The position numbers and the translations under genes were made by a program. From contig OX597814.1 of the NCBI GenBank assembly GCA_951406725.2, forward strand, positions 30,566,001-30,630,000: 64,000 nt of DNA, given 5' to 3'. Origin of the DNA: Octopus vulgaris. Its lineage: Eukaryota. Position 1 is the stretch's first letter. Every line of letters begins with the position of its first letter. Positions 40,125 through 55,310 of the stretch are shown here, piece after piece. The notes under the pieces are model-generated. The model was given only the letters and a program-made list of their open reading frames with translations, was not told the origin of the DNA and did not search any database.

Positions 40125-41390
40125 TTGGGTCATCCCATAAATAATGCGATTTTTTCAATTGCATGAATTAAAAGTCGGAGGGGGACGAAATATATTACTT
40201 GCATCAACTTGCTATAAAAGCAGGTAGTAATTTTACCTTGTATTTATTTTTTAGTGAAAGTTTTGAAGAGTGCAGTTCGATTTTAACAGTTATTCTTTGA
40301 AAGCTATAATGGAAGTGACATATTCGGTATATTTTGCTTTATGAGTTCAATAAAGGCAACAACGCAACGGAAGGTGCGAGGAATATTAATGCAGTATATG
40401 GAGATTGGGCAATAAGCGTAATCCAATGTCAACGGTTTTTCTAGAAATTCCGAGCCGGAAACTACAGCCTAGAAGACGAGCCTTGTCCTGGAAGTTCTGT
40501 AGAGCTCGATGATGACGTCCTGCAAACCTTGGTGGAACAAAATTTCATCGTAACTGTTGAGGAACTAGCAGAGAAGCTTGGATTTGGTCATTCAACCATT
40601 CATCGACACCTGCATACCATCGGAAAAGTCAGCAAATTGGTTCAGTGGATCCCTTACAAACTTTCCAAGTCTAATCGCGCGCAGAGTGTGCTCTTCTTTG
40701 CTGTCACATCTCACAAATGAACCTTTTTTGGACCGAGTAATGACTGGCGACGAGAAATAGGTTCTCTATAGAAATGTCAAGCACCAAAGACAGTGGATAG
40801 GGAAAGGAGAAACACCAGTACCCCAGGCTAAAGAAGGTCTTCACCCACGTAAGGTGTTCTTATCTGTTTAGTGGGATAGGGAAGGTTTAGACCGATTTGA
40901 ACTTTTAAACCCAAACCAAACTATAACAAATATCTACTGCGAGCAGCTTGAGCGGCTTAAGTCAGCGCTAGAAGAAAAACGACCATCTTTGGTTCCAAGA
41001 CGAAATGTGTTTTTCCATCAGGATATTGCTCAGCCACATACAACGAGGATGACATTCCAAAGGCTGGAGCAATTAGAAAGGGAAACGATGCTCCACCCAC
41101 CATATTCGTCGCCCATTACCCCATCTGATTATCATTTATTCTGTCGTCTTCAAAATCATTTGGACGGAAAAAATATAAATTCTGTAGACGAGGTCGGAAG
41201 AGTGCTGGAGGAATATTTTTCGTCATATTCAAGTGAAGCTTGGGAGAGGGGACTTGCAAGTCTACTAGATAGATGGAAGAGCATTCTAGGAAATGAAGGA
41301 GAGTATATCTTAGATTAAAGAAGAACCTTGTGTATCTTAATTTTGAAAGATAAAAGTAAAAAAAAAAGCATTATTTATGGGATGACCCAA
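40125..41390 (+). mobile_element. Full-length mariner element (1266 bp)
   Basis: TIRs TTGGGTCATCCCATAAATAATGC / GCATTATTTATGGGATGACCCAA; TA on the left, CA on the right. Confidence 0.95.
40309..41318 (+). pseudogene. Mariner (DD34D-type) transposase pseudogene
   Basis: LLYEFNKG, WIPYKL, VMTGDEK*, FFHQDIAQPH, HPPYSSPITPSDYHLF; stops and frameshifts. Confidence 0.9.
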
Positions 41391-41763
41391 CATTTGTACA
41401 ATAATAATTCAGTTTGTTGCTGTTGTTGTTGAACATAGATCTACTTAATCGAGCAAATTTATGATGGAAAAGGCATTCCAACGGTGACTATAAACTTTCA
41501 TTTTCGGATATGTAGTTTTACATAATTTAAAGTATTCTGTCCATGTATAGGACAGAAAGGATGTGTTTCGAGGGTGATTAAGCTACATTTTTGGCAGCTC
41601 CAGTAACCGCTTAGAGGTTCCGCTGTTGCTGCTTTAGTCGACTGTAATTGGAATCTATGATGTCATTTGGTAGAGGTTGCCTTAGCCAAAGTTTTTGTTA
41701 AGATACCTCGGTGTATAAAGGATGTGAAAAAAAGCTTTATATTGAACTTCGTTTTATATGTGA

Positions 41764-41797
<34 letters not shown>

Positions 41798-42557
41798 CCA
41801 CAAACGCACACACACATATATTTGTATACAGCTATATATATATATATGCATGTATATATAATATACATAAGTATGTGTGTATATATATGTATATATATAT
41901 ATATATATATTTATATACATATACACACACACACATATATACTTGCATACTTATATATATATATATACACACGCATATATATACTTGTATACTTATATAT
42001 ATATATATGTGTGTGTGTGTATGTATATATACATATGTATGTATATGTGTGTGCACGCGTATGTGTGTGTGTGTGTATGTGTGTACATAGCGAGATGTCA
42101 TTTATCTTTTGAGAAAAAAAAACATAAAAACAACAAGAAAGAAAAACCAAAAACACCTTTCTGAACTTTCCAACTTCTTCAATGAAATAGAACGTCTGTT
42201 AGATCCATAAGAACAACTATTTTCAATGTGTGAAACTTAACACGGACAGGTAAAGGCGAAATGGTAGAACGAGAAAAACGACTACTTCGTTTACACCTAA
42301 AACAAGTTATCATTTAGAACAATTGTCGTCAATATTGAAAGGAAAAGATTAAAACGTGAGCCGTAATGCAGTGCCAAAGTTATCACGCCTGCTTTATCGC
42401 CATTTCACTCAGACTAATGGTGTCAAAAATAATTAGCAGATTGTAGTGATTGCGTTTACTTTCGGTAAACAATGCTTATCTTAAGTTTGTTGTCTTGTTT
42501 TTTGTTGCTGTCGTTGTTTTAGTTTATTTCAACACTCGCGAACAAGCGCTCGCACAC

Positions 42558-42614
<57 letters not shown>

Positions 42615-42623
42615 TACATACAC

Positions 42624-42663
<40 letters not shown>

Positions 42664-44032
42664 ACCACGTGTACACATACACAAACCCACACATAATTAT
42701 ATATATGTGTGTGTATATATGTGCGTGAATGTATGTATATATATATGTATGTATTTATAAATGTATATGTATATATACATACAGACACATACACACGCAC
42801 TCGCATGCTCATACACACATCACAAACTGTTTGACTCAGCTCCGCATGACTTAAAGTTTCGTGGATGCGTATGAATATGTCCTTCTCATCAGATACTAGG
42901 AGCATAAATTCAATGGGATTTTTGTACAGTTCTCCAGTGCCTTGTACGTCGCAAGACACAGGTCAACCTCAACTCGAGATTATACTGGAATTTATAGTAG
43001 AACAGACTTGTGCTATGCAATGATCTCGAGGTCGAAAGGATTTTCTTGCGAAACGAGCCCCTGAACCACACACTGCAGTAGTGGTAACCATTTATGTTAC
43101 CTCTATTAACATATAATATTCAATAATATTATTTTCACCCCAGCCCAGGAAACTTCCTTCTCTGCGCTCCCCACCCGCAAACATTAGCACAAATATTACC
43201 AGTACCATTCTAACGAGCTAACTTGGTAAGCAGCCTCTACCTGCTCATTTTACATGCAAGAAATAGCAACCAAAATTTCCTTGAATTTCACCTTACTAAA
43301 TTAAAAAAAAAAGATCGGGCACATTGGATAGGGTCGCTCTAAATAAATTTATCTCTTTTCATGAAGGAATGGAAACAACTGGAATACGTTGAATATAAAC
43401 CTTCTCAATCGGGGTTGCTCTGGCTCTGTTATTTTGAATGTTTGTCCATCTCGTCTTTGAAAATGTCCTAATTAGCAGCTTTAGTCTTTATGGATTCTGA
43501 GGTGGCTTATTCGGCCAATATTGGCATAAAAATCCACGGTTACAGTAGGATCATATAACAGTAATAGAACTGTTCAGACATTCACGTATCTGTAGGATCC
43601 CAGCATTGTCATAACTCCCGGAGAATCGATGCCTTCTAAACATTCTTAAACATCTCAGCTAAAACCCCTTAATTAGTTAATTCTCTTGTCTCAAATATTG
43701 ATCACAGTTCCTTTTGGCTCTTGCTCACATTACACAGGGAGAGCTGACATACAAACCGAATCTTTTGCGATTCTTTAACTAAACAGAATAATCAGATTCA
43801 ACCCCTTAAACATATCTGTAACCAACACACAGATACTCCAAAGGCCATTTCAGATAAATCTCCGTCCAAATGATTCCGTCCCCATTTTCTTAAGCTCAAC
43901 AACACGTGACCACTCAGAAGAGATTGAGTTTACTTCGCCAAGTAAGCTCAATCTTTTGAAACGATCAGAACTACCGATCAGGGCAGTATTCCGTTCATTG
44001 TTATCGTACAATAAAAAAAACTAAAAAAAACT

Positions 44033-44330
44033 GGCACTTCGTCGTTTACGACGATGGGGGTTTCAGTTGATCCGATCAACGGAACAGCCTGCTCGTGAAA
44101 TTAACGTGTAAGTGGCTGAGCACTCCACAGACACTGGAGATTCAGCTTGACACATAATATGACAAGGCTGGCCCTTTGAAATACAGATATTACTCATTTT
44201 TTTTTTGTCAGCTGAGTGGACTGGAACAATATGAAATAAAATGTTTTGCTCAAGAAAACAATGCACCGCCGTGAATCGCACTCACGACCTTACGACCGCG
44301 AGCCGAATGCCCTAACCACTAAGACACGCA
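44033..44330 (-). mobile_element. SINE with tRNA head, E-like middle and D-like tail
   Basis: Module similarity to 34699-35028 and 35217-35588. Confidence 0.7.
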
Positions 44331-44807
44331 TCTTTACTATCATACAATGTGGCTCAAAGTTACTTCATATCGCTACCAACCTCTTCACTCTCTCTCTCTC
44401 TCTCACTCTCTCTCTCTCTCTCTCTCTCACTCTCTTTCTCGCTTTCTCTCTCTACTATGACTTCTGTCCCTCACAGTCTGACTGATCTTATGTCACTCTC
44501 TCTCAGATTCATCCTATTTACTCGTCTATTATCATCCCGTCCCTTGTATTGTATTAATGCCCAAGTCTCCACATTACCCACTTCTAATCGTCCTTCACCA
44601 AGCTGTTTTCACTTCGGAGTTCCCATCTTATCCATATTTTATCCTGCAGCCACCAGCTTGTTAGTATTCAAGAAGAACAATAACCTCATCGACGTTACCA
44701 CTCAAGGATGACTTGTGAAACCTTTGAATGCAGTTCGTTACTCCAAACTAAGCTGTTATATACGTAGTAAAACAACTATTCCTTTATAGATAAGATGGTT
44801 AGTCTTT

Positions 44808-45006
44808 TAGTCTTTTATTGTTTCAGTCATTTAAATGCGGCCATGCTGGAGCACCGCATTTAGTCGAGCAAATCGACTCCAGGACTTATTCTTTGTAAGC
44901 CTAGTACTTACTCTGTCGTCTCTTTTGCCGAACTGCTAAGTTACGGGGATGTAAACACACCAGCATCGGTTGTCAAGCGATGTTGGGGGGGACAAACACA
45001 GACACA

Positions 45007-45090
<84 letters not shown>

Positions 45091-45253
45091 CGACGGACTT
45101 CTTTCAGTTTCCGTCTACTAAATCCACTCACAAGGCTTTGGTCGGCTCGAGGCTATAGTAGAAGACACTTGCCCAAGATTCCACACAGTGGAACTGAACC
45201 CAGAACCATGTGGTTGGTGAGCAAGCTACTTACCACACAGCCACTCCTGCTCC
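44808..45253 (-). mobile_element. SINE family A, full length
   Basis: Head and tail similarity. Confidence 0.9.
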
Positions 45254-45524
45254 TGTTTGTGTCTCGAATAACAACACAACGAAATAAAAGCGTGAAACTC
45301 CATTATTTAGTCATACCAACAGTAGTGGAGTAGCTAATTCGTTCGATTAACGATTCCTCTGCATAGCAGACAGAATGGGAAGAAGGGATGTTATCATCTT
45401 GCATGCTTGGCCACTTGAGAAGTCGAACAGTTCTCAGACTAACACAACTTACTAAGAAGTTGGGGATGAAACTCGATGATCAACTATATTTCAGAGTTAC
45501 CTTCTATCTATTTTCTTTTATTTT

Positions 45525-45915
45525 TTTCAGTCATTAGACTGCAGCCATGCTGGAGCAGCATCTTGGGGAGTTTTTAGTCATATTGAATCGACCCCCAGTA
45601 ATTATCTTTTAAGCTTGGCACTTATGGTATCGGTCTCTTTTGCCAAAACTGCAAAGCTAAGGAGAGGCAAAAACGCCAGCACCAGTAGTCAGGCGGTGGT
45701 GGGGGACAAACACAGACACAAAGACACACACACAAACGCGTGCGCGCACACACATTTTACGGGGGGGGGTATTTCGGTTTCCCTTTACCAAATCCATTCA
45801 CAAGGCTTTGGTCGACCCAAGGCTACAGTAGAAGACACTTGCCCAATGTGCCACGCAGTGGGACTGAACCCAAAACCATGTGGTTGGGAACCAAGTTTCT
45901 TATCACACAACCATA
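45525..45915 (-). mobile_element. Older SINE family A copy
   Basis: Diverged similarity. Confidence 0.75.
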
Positions 45916-46475
45916 CCCTAGAGTTTTTAAAAAAATAATTATGAAATACGAAAACTACAAAACAACAACAACAATAACCGCAGAAAAAAAACAAACAAAG
46001 CAAAATAGAACGAAACAAAGACAGAAAATAACAAGAAAATGGATGGTGGTGGGACAGTGGATTAAACTACTTGCCTAAGCCTACTTTGTTTTGTTGATCT
46101 CGGAAGGATGGAAGGCAAAGTTGGCACCAGTATGTTGTCTGACACTCTTAACGATTCTTCCAATTCTGATATAAGGCAATGTGAGAGAAAGAGAAAGAGA
46201 GAGAGAGAGAGAGAGGGAAAGAGAGAAGAGGACAGGAGAGAGAGTTGTTGGAACGATACATTTAATTAATCGTAGTTATATCTTTTTATCTTTTATCTTT
46301 TACGTGTTTCAGTCATTAGACTGCGGCCATTCTGGGGCATCGCATTGAGAAATTTTAGTCGAACGAATCGACCTCTACATTTTTCTTTTAAGCCTGGTAC
46401 TTAGCCGAACAGCTAAGTCACGAGAACATAAACACACCAACGCCGGTTAATAATAATAATAAATGAATATATACG

Positions 46476-46557
<82 letters not shown>

Positions 46558-46680
46558 TTGCCCATTACTTAATCATCGGTATATTATTGTTATTTCATAT
46601 TTAATATTTCTATTATATGTAATTTTCTAGATGGTGTAATTTAATTGTTCATTTTGAATTGATAAAAGGTGGTTTTTCTA

Positions 46681-46728
<48 letters not shown>

Positions 46729-47322
46729 TTTGCCCGCGCTTGACTCGGGCTCAGAAGTTACAGCCCGAGTTGTTACGTAAAATCGTAAACATTTAAAAGT
46801 AATTCAAATTCAATGTTTTCTTGAATCGAGAGATTTCTATAGAGATTAGGATTTAAATCCCAATCTATGAAAAGTTTCCGTTCTACAATATCCTTAAAAG
46901 AACGAAAAATTATCCAGCAACTCAGGCTAATACGAACGAGCCAGGTAGGTGTAAAAGACTAACTGGCATCTCTTGTCAAGAGTACAGGCGACAGTCAAAT
47001 CGCTGATGTTTGTTGTACACTCCGCCGTCGTTATTTGATTGGTGTTATTCTGTTCGTCTAGATCAGTTGTGCTTTGTAGGGTTACTTTATTTTAACCTTT
47101 GACTTAGAAATGGAGAAATACATAGTGCTAAATATAAAACATAAGCCATTTGAGGTTAAAAATATTGCGGAAAACGTGAAATTTTTCGAGCAGGCACGTA
47201 TCTTATGGCAAATCTGTGATAAGCTCGAGTGACGAAATCCTTCAGGAGCCCTTGTGACGCTGATGACCTGGAGTCGCCTCTGATAATACATGAATACATA
47301 CATACATACATACATACATACA

Positions 47323-47356
<34 letters not shown>

Positions 47357-47794
47357 CATGAATATGTAAACATTTATTATACCATTACAGTAAACTATTA
47401 CTAGAACTACTAAAAACAGTAACAACAACAACAACAACAAATTTACACAAGACAAAAGACGAAGACAGGTGACGTAATAACAAGATGTATTAGTTGGACG
47501 CTCGGGAAGAACAGAGAAGTCTTTGACGTTCCGAGCCTACGCTCTTTGACAGAAAGGGTTGAGCGGAAAAAAATTGAAAAAAACGGAAAAAAAGAACGGA
47601 AATATATACATATATGCATATCTACACACGTACATAAGTACACAGAAACACACACACACACATATACACACACACAAACACATATACCCGCACACAAACA
47701 CATACACACGCACAAACTCATACACACATGCATTTACGCGCACACCCTATCAAGCACTTATTTTATCGACCTTTATATATGTATGTGCGTGTGC

Positions 47795-47887
<93 letters not shown>

Positions 47888-48331
47888 AGCTACATCCATA
47901 TATAGCTCAGCTCGAAACGTTAAATCCTCCTTCTTTCTTTCCTTTCCTGAGCGTCCAATAACACTATACTATGTTCCGCGTCCTCGCGTTGTGTTTTCTC
48001 TTTGTGTTTTCATGTTTGGATTAACTATATATTTATATACATGAATATATAAATAATTTGGGAAAACAAATTTCCAAATCAATCAGGTGCAACCCTTCAG
48101 CGTTATACATATCGTACCTTGGGGTCTTATTTAATTGATTACTTGATTTTACATGATTGATATATATAGTAATTCATAATTATAATGTATAATTTATAAA
48201 TTTTAATTCTTAATATTACAAAATATAATTTTTATTCTTAATTTTTAATTCTTAATTTTTAATCTTTAATGCTTAATTGTATTGATTATTTTTAAAGGGA
48301 TGTAAGATTAGATATATAATACTTTGAAATC

Positions 48332-48411
48332 GAACCTGAAGATGTGTTAGATAATTGTAAATCTAACGATTGCATATATGTATTTATATATGTATATACA
48401 TATATACATAT

Positions 48412-48453
<42 letters not shown>

Positions 48454-48506
48454 TTGTGTATATGTATATATATTGTAATCTTCCAATAATGAAACACGTG
48501 TAGTTC
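48332..48506 (+). ncRNA. Type I hammerhead motif with microsatellite-expanded stem II
   Basis: GAAC-CTGAAGA-T...(TA)n...T-GAAAC-ACGT-GTA-GTTC; stem I GAAC/GTTC. Confidence 0.65.
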
Positions 48507-48727
48507 CTTCATATTTAATAAATATAAGTATTAACTAAAGTCGGATATAATTAATGAAGTACATTATATACCCTGCTGGTAAATTTGGTTATATCCTTTA
48601 AGTATTATTTCGTGATGTGCAAACTGATACCATGAGTTTACTGTCAGATATAGTCATCAGGTTATTTTTGTATTATCTGAAATAGAATATCCGCATATCG
48701 ATTAATCCCCCAAAATTGAATTATAAA

Positions 48728-48804
<77 letters not shown>

Positions 48805-48925
48805 CGTTTAATATATACAACCGAAACGAAGTATATATATATATATATATATATATGCTTATGTATTTTTGTATGTGTTATGTGAATATATATATATATA
48901 TATATGTATATATGCACAAATATTT

Positions 48926-49031
<106 letters not shown>

Positions 49032-49316
49032 TTTGTGCACACACACACACGTAGACACACATATACATATATATATTTTCACATAACACATACATATATA
49101 TACATAAGCTACATATTTTTACCACAAGTAACAACATAGACACTCACACATCTACGTCCACTCACTGATACATATTTCTTTACATTAAAACGTGAACATC
49201 ATTTCTGTTGTCATTCAGTTTTTCTTAGTGTTTGTTTCTTTGTTGCTCCTGGAATCAATTAAACGATACAACACAATAAACAAGATTATTGTTTTTATGA
49301 TTAAATATTACTTATG

Positions 49317-49476
49317 TAGGAGAGGCTATGTGGTAAGTAGCTTGCTTATCAACCACATGGTTCCGGGTGCAGTCCCACTGCGTGGCACATTGGGCAAGTG
49401 TCTTCTACTATAGCCTCGGGCCGACCAAAGCCTTGTGAGCGGATATGGTAGACGGAAACTGAAAGAAGCCCGCCGT
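49317..49476 (+). mobile_element. SINE family A head
   Basis: Similarity; followed by a Helitron. Confidence 0.85.
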
Positions 49477-49489
49477 ATATATGTATATA

Positions 49490-49873
49490 CTAGCAGTATC
49501 GCCCGGCGTTGCTCAGGTTTGTAAGGGAAATAACTATAAAGCATTTTTAGAGAGTTATAGCCAAAAAATAGCAAAAAAAATGGAATAAAATGATGGTAAA
49601 TTTTTTTTGAGAGTAAAAAAGGTGGAGTTGCGTCCCCTAGACAGTTTGCGGTTTGTGTTTCTGATTCTCGACCCCATGTCGAATTTATCGATTTTTTTTT
49701 CAGAACTGGGGGAACTTTTCAAAATTTCCGCTGCGTTAGTCTTGAATTATGACATTGGGCTATGTGTGTGTCAAGTTTCATCAGAATCGGTTGAAAGCCG
49801 TGGTCAGGGTGAGGGTACAAGCAAACAGACACACAGAAGCACGCACAGACAAACTGCCGTTTATATAGAGAGA
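49490..49873 (-). mobile_element. Non-autonomous Helitron sharing its 3' end with 23065-23458
   Basis: CTAG plus hairpin at 49490-49520; GA at 49872-49873 gives a 5' TC on the minus strand. Confidence 0.85.
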
Positions 49874-49890
49874 TATATATGTGTGTATAT

Positions 49891-50291
49891 AGGCGTAGGA
49901 GTGGATGTGTGGTAAGTAGCTTGCTTACGAACCACATGGTTCCGGGTTCAGTCCCACTGCGTGGCACATTGGGCAAGTGTCTTCTACTATAGCCTCGGGC
50001 CGACCAAAGCCTTGTGAGTGGATTTGATAGACGGAAACTGAAAGAAGCCCGTCGTATATATGTGTATATATGTGTGTATATGTTTGTGTGTCTGTGTTTG
50101 TCCCCCTCCCCCTCCTTGACAACCGATGCTGGTGTGTTTACGTCCCCGTAACATAGCGTTTCAGCAAACGACACCGATAGAATAAGTAGTAGGCTTATAA
50201 AGAATAAGTACTGGGGTCGATTTGCTCGACTAAAGACGGTGCTCCAGCATAGCCACAGTCAAATGACTGAAGCAAGTAAAAGAGTAAAAGA
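49891..50291 (+). mobile_element. SINE family A, full length
   Basis: Head and tail similarity. Confidence 0.9.
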
Positions 50292-50580
50292 GGTTTTATA
50301 TGAAAATATTGAAATATTTTCTGTATAGTAGAAATATTGTGAAAGAAGCTGTTGTTCGATGAAGAAATCGATCTCAGTACTCGACTGTTACTTTGTTTTA
50401 TCAACCAGGGAAGATGAATGCCAAAGTCGATCTGGATAGGAATTGAACTCAGAGTAAGAGTAGGAACATTACTTCAGGACATTTTTCCGACTCTGTAACG
50501 ATTCTGATCAGTGAGTGTGCTCGCATTCAACAATTATACATAGTTCCGATTCATTAAGTGCTTAGACACACACACACACA

Positions 50581-50690
<110 letters not shown>

Positions 50691-50721
50691 TACACACAAA
50701 CGCACACACATGAAGATGTGA

Positions 50722-51030
50722 AGGTACGTGGCCAAATGGTTAGGGTATTCGGCTCATGATCGTAAAGTTGTGAGTTCGATACCAGCTATGTTCTTGAGCA
50801 AGACACTTCATTTTATGTTACCCCAGTCCACTCAGCTGGTATAAAATGAGTAGAACCTGCATTTCAAAGAATCAGCCTTTTGACATTCTGTGTCACGGTG
50901 AATCACTCTGGGAACTACGTTATGGATATGCGTAGCTGTGGAGTGCTCAGCCACTTGCACGTTAATTTCACAGGCTGTTCCGTTGATCATATCAACTGGA
51001 AACCTCATCGTCGTAACCGACGGAGCACCT
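50722..51030 (+). mobile_element. SINE with E-like middle and D-like tail
   Basis: CTTGAGCAAGACACTT...GTCGTAACCGACGGAG. Confidence 0.75.
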
Positions 51031-51032
51031 TG

Positions 51033-51139
<107 letters not shown>

Positions 51140-51973
51140 TATATACACGCACACACACATACATACATATATGTATGTATGTATGTATGTATCTATGTAT
51201 GCATGTATGTATGTATGTATGTGTGTGTGTGTGTGTGTGCGCACGCGTGTGTATGCATGCATGCATGTATGTATATATGTACGTATGTATGCGTGATAGA
51301 TACAGAAATGGAGATTGGAAAAAATGAAAGAGAGAGGGGAAAAAAGATATATGCCAGATAGAGATAGATAGGCAGAGACAGAGAGAGAGAGTGGGGGGGG
51401 AGAGAGAAAGAGAGAGAGAGAGAGATACAGACAGAAAAGGAGGGAGATTGTACTTGTGAGAAGAGTAAGACTTGTTAACCTTTGACTGGGCACTTAGCCA
51501 ACAAACAAAACAACTCTACTGCTTTGAAGACTGAAGACTGGATATGATGTGATTGAGTGTTGAATTTTCTTCAGATGCTTTCTGAAGAAAAGAATAATTT
51601 ACCAGCATTACCCTTGCTTGATTTGAAAATATTTTCCATCACCCCCTGCCTATCTTGCCGCTCTTAACTCTCTACGTCTTAACTTAGCGAACCAAACATT
51701 TATCGAAGAACCGCTGGTTATGGAATGTTGCCATTTGCTAATAGCAATATCTTGACCAAAAATTTTCTCGAAATACAAAGGTCAACAGAGGACGGACACC
51801 AGCGGCTTTCAGTTGCTGGAGTTTTCTTCTGGTTGGTTCATTATAACTTGTTTTCATTAACGATTCCAGTCTCTGGGCAGAAAGAGCTCGGTTTGTGTGT
51901 ATAAGCACTTAATGAGTCAGTACTATGTATAATTGTTAAATGCGAGCAAACTCGCTGATCATCTCAGTCAATG

Positions 51974-52054
<81 letters not shown>

Positions 52055-52434
52055 CCTACCTACCTACCTACCTAGTTCTTTTCGCTCCTCTTTCCCTACT
52101 TTTATTCCGCTTCAAATCCTTTATTCCTTCTACACCAAAATTCTTTGCTTCACCTTACTTCTTTCGAATCTCTTACACATTCTTTCACTTTCTTTGTCTG
52201 CTTTTCCTGACAACTATTCCTTCCTTGCCGACTATTCGCATGTCTGTTCTTATTACCTCGCCCTATCGCTTTCTCAATTCTTTGATATCATCTTTATCAC
52301 ATGTTCTCTTTCTTTTTCTTTTATTCCTTAAACTCTTTCCACGCTTTCTTCTCTTCCTTCTCTAAATTTCAAAATCTCAGTTATTCTCTCTTATGACATT
52401 TTACACACTTCTCCCCGTTTTCTTTCTTTCTCTT

Positions 52435-52503
<69 letters not shown>

Positions 52504-52544
52504 CATCTGTCTGTCTGTCTGTCTGTCCGTCCGTCCGTCCATCC

Positions 52545-52604
<60 letters not shown>

Positions 52605-52697
52605 GTCCGTCTGCCTGTTTGTCTATCTCCCTCTCTCTCTATATCTATCTATCTGTCTGTCTGTCTGTCTGTCTGCCTGTCTGTCCGTCCGTCCGTC

Positions 52698-52732
<35 letters not shown>

Positions 52733-53639
52733 CTGACTGTCCGTCTGTCTGTCTGTCTGCCTGTTTGTCTATCTCTCACCCACCTCTCTCTCTCTCTCTA
52801 TCTATCTATCTACCAATTACCTATCTCCTTGCCTCCCTAACTCTCTCTCCCCCTCTCCCCTCTCTCTCTTTCTATCTTGTTCACACACACACACTCATAC
52901 ACACATTCACTTCCTCTTTGTCGCTCTCTTTCAACTGTTTCCATTTATTCTCCTCTCCTATTTCTGACCAGTAAAATTAGTGTAAGAAATATTCCACTGT
53001 ATCTTTGAATTAATGAGATTCCGTTCTTCCGTAAGAGAGTATTTTTATCACAGTTTGTTAGCTACTCTCTAATGGGTTGCCTCATCGTTTAAATTGCTTC
53101 AATAAAGTTTCCAAATCAAAGAATCGAACACATAATCGCCTTCACACTTGTATGTTTAATTAATTGCATTGTCAATCTATTTCTGATTAATAAACTTATA
53201 TAAGTTTTAAGCACGTTAGATATTCACTGCTTTGCAAAGAACGAAACATTTGTATTAGTATAATCTTCTTTCCTGTTTCAGAATTATTGTAAACTTTTTT
53301 TCCCGTTTGTCTTCCATTTCACTTTGCGTCATTTAGGTCAGGACAAAACGTTGATTTCTTTCGTTTTTTTATTTTTATCTTTTACTTGTTTCAGTCATTG
53401 GACTGCAGCCATGCTCGAATACCGGCTTGAAGGGTTTAGTTGAAGAAATCGACCCCAGTACTTATTAAAAAAAAAACAAAACAAAAAACGAAACAAAACA
53501 AAACATCCTGGCATTCATTCTATCGGTCTATTTTGCCGAACCGCTATATAAGGGGGACGCACACAAACCAGCACCGGTTGTCAAGCAGTGGTGGGGGACA
53601 ATCACAAAGACAAACGGACAAACACCAGCCAAACATATG

Positions 53640-53845
<206 letters not shown>

Positions 53846-54049
53846 CATACATACATACATACATACATACATATACATGTATGTGTGTGTATGTGTGTAT
53901 CTTTGTCTTTGTGTTTGTCTCTCACCATTGCTTGACAACCAGTGTTGGTGTGTTTACGTCCCTGTAAATTAGCAGTCCGGGAAAAGTGACCTATAGAATA
54001 AGTACCAGGCATTTAAAAAAATATGTACTGGGGTCTATTTGTTCGATTA

Positions 54050-54099
<50 letters not shown>

Positions 54100-54113
<14 letters not shown>

Positions 54114-54324
54114 ATATTAGGGAATAAATCCAAATTTACAGGGAAAAATCAGATTTAGGATTGAATCCAATTTTATAGTAAAATATTATATAATATTAAT
54201 TAGAGACAAAACCACTATTTTGCAAATCACTTTATTTATATTAATTTACTTTATATTAAAATTTTTTTATGTATTGATTAAGTCTTTCCTTGTTTGATTT
54301 GCAAAATAGTGGTTTTGTCTCTAA

Positions 54325-54337
<13 letters not shown>
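54100..54337. mobile_element. (TA)n-embedded insert with terminal 43-bp fold-back
   Basis: Arms 54187-54229 and 54295-54337 are exact reverse complements. Confidence 0.65.
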
Positions 54338-54374
<37 letters not shown>

Positions 54375-54756
54375 GAAAATCTTTTTAGTTTCCATCTACG
54401 AAATTCTCTCACAGAGCTTTGGTTGACCCGGGGTTACAGCAGAGGACAATTGCCGCGAACTCAGAACCATAAGGTTAGGAAGCAAGGTTCTAATGACATA
54501 ATCACGCGTTTTTGTTGATATTTATATTTATCAATGAGGTTTGAACTCTGAACATAAAGTGTGTGTATGCGGTATATAATCGCATACGTTTACGCAGGCG
54601 CACATGCACACGTACACATACACACATAAAAACACATACACACACACAGAGAAACGCACATACACAGAGGAACACATACACACACAGACCCACACTGGCA
54701 CACAAAGACACACACACGCACACACTCTCTCTATCTCTCTCTCTCACACACAAATA

Positions 54757-55146
54757 CTCTTTTCTACTCTAGGCACAGGGACCGAAATTTTTGGGGAGGG
54801 TGCCAGTCGATTAGATCGACCCCAGGACGCAACTGGTACTTAATTTACTGACCCCCGAAAGGATTAAAGGCCAAGTCGACCTCGGCGAAATTGGAACTCA
54901 GAATGTAACGGCAGACGAAATACCTATTTCTTTACTACCCACAAGGGCAGAGAGGGCAAACAAGGACAGACAGACGGATTAAATCGATTATATCGACCCC
55001 AGTGCGTAACTGGTACTTAATTTATCGACCCGGAAAGGATGAAAGGCAAAGTCCACCTCGGCGGAATTTGAACTCAGAACATACCGGCAGACGAAATACC
55101 GATAAGCATTTCGCCTGGTGTGCTAACGTTTCTGCCTGCTCGCCGC
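54757..55146 (-). mobile_element. SINE B dimer, last unit with alternative tail
   Basis: Junction GAAATACCTATTTC at ~54917-54930. Confidence 0.85.
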
Positions 55147-55310
55147 CTCTCTCACACACAAATACTCAGACGCACAAGTTTGTGTGCATGTGCATTATTT
55201 CTTCATGATTGCAAGTATGCATGTGCGCACATCTTGACATGCGTGTGAATGTGTACTAATAGAAGTGTATAAGTATATTAATTTATTATTGTCTTATTTA
55301 TTCATATGGA

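Noticed and set aside
40309-41318. Active or domesticated transposase
   Set aside because: Stops (for example after GDEK), frameshifts and an altered YSPDL motif
46727-47290. Third Helitron (hairpin GCCCGCGCTTGACTCGGGC)
   Set aside because: No CTAG terminus or clear 5' TC; cannot be supported beyond suspicion
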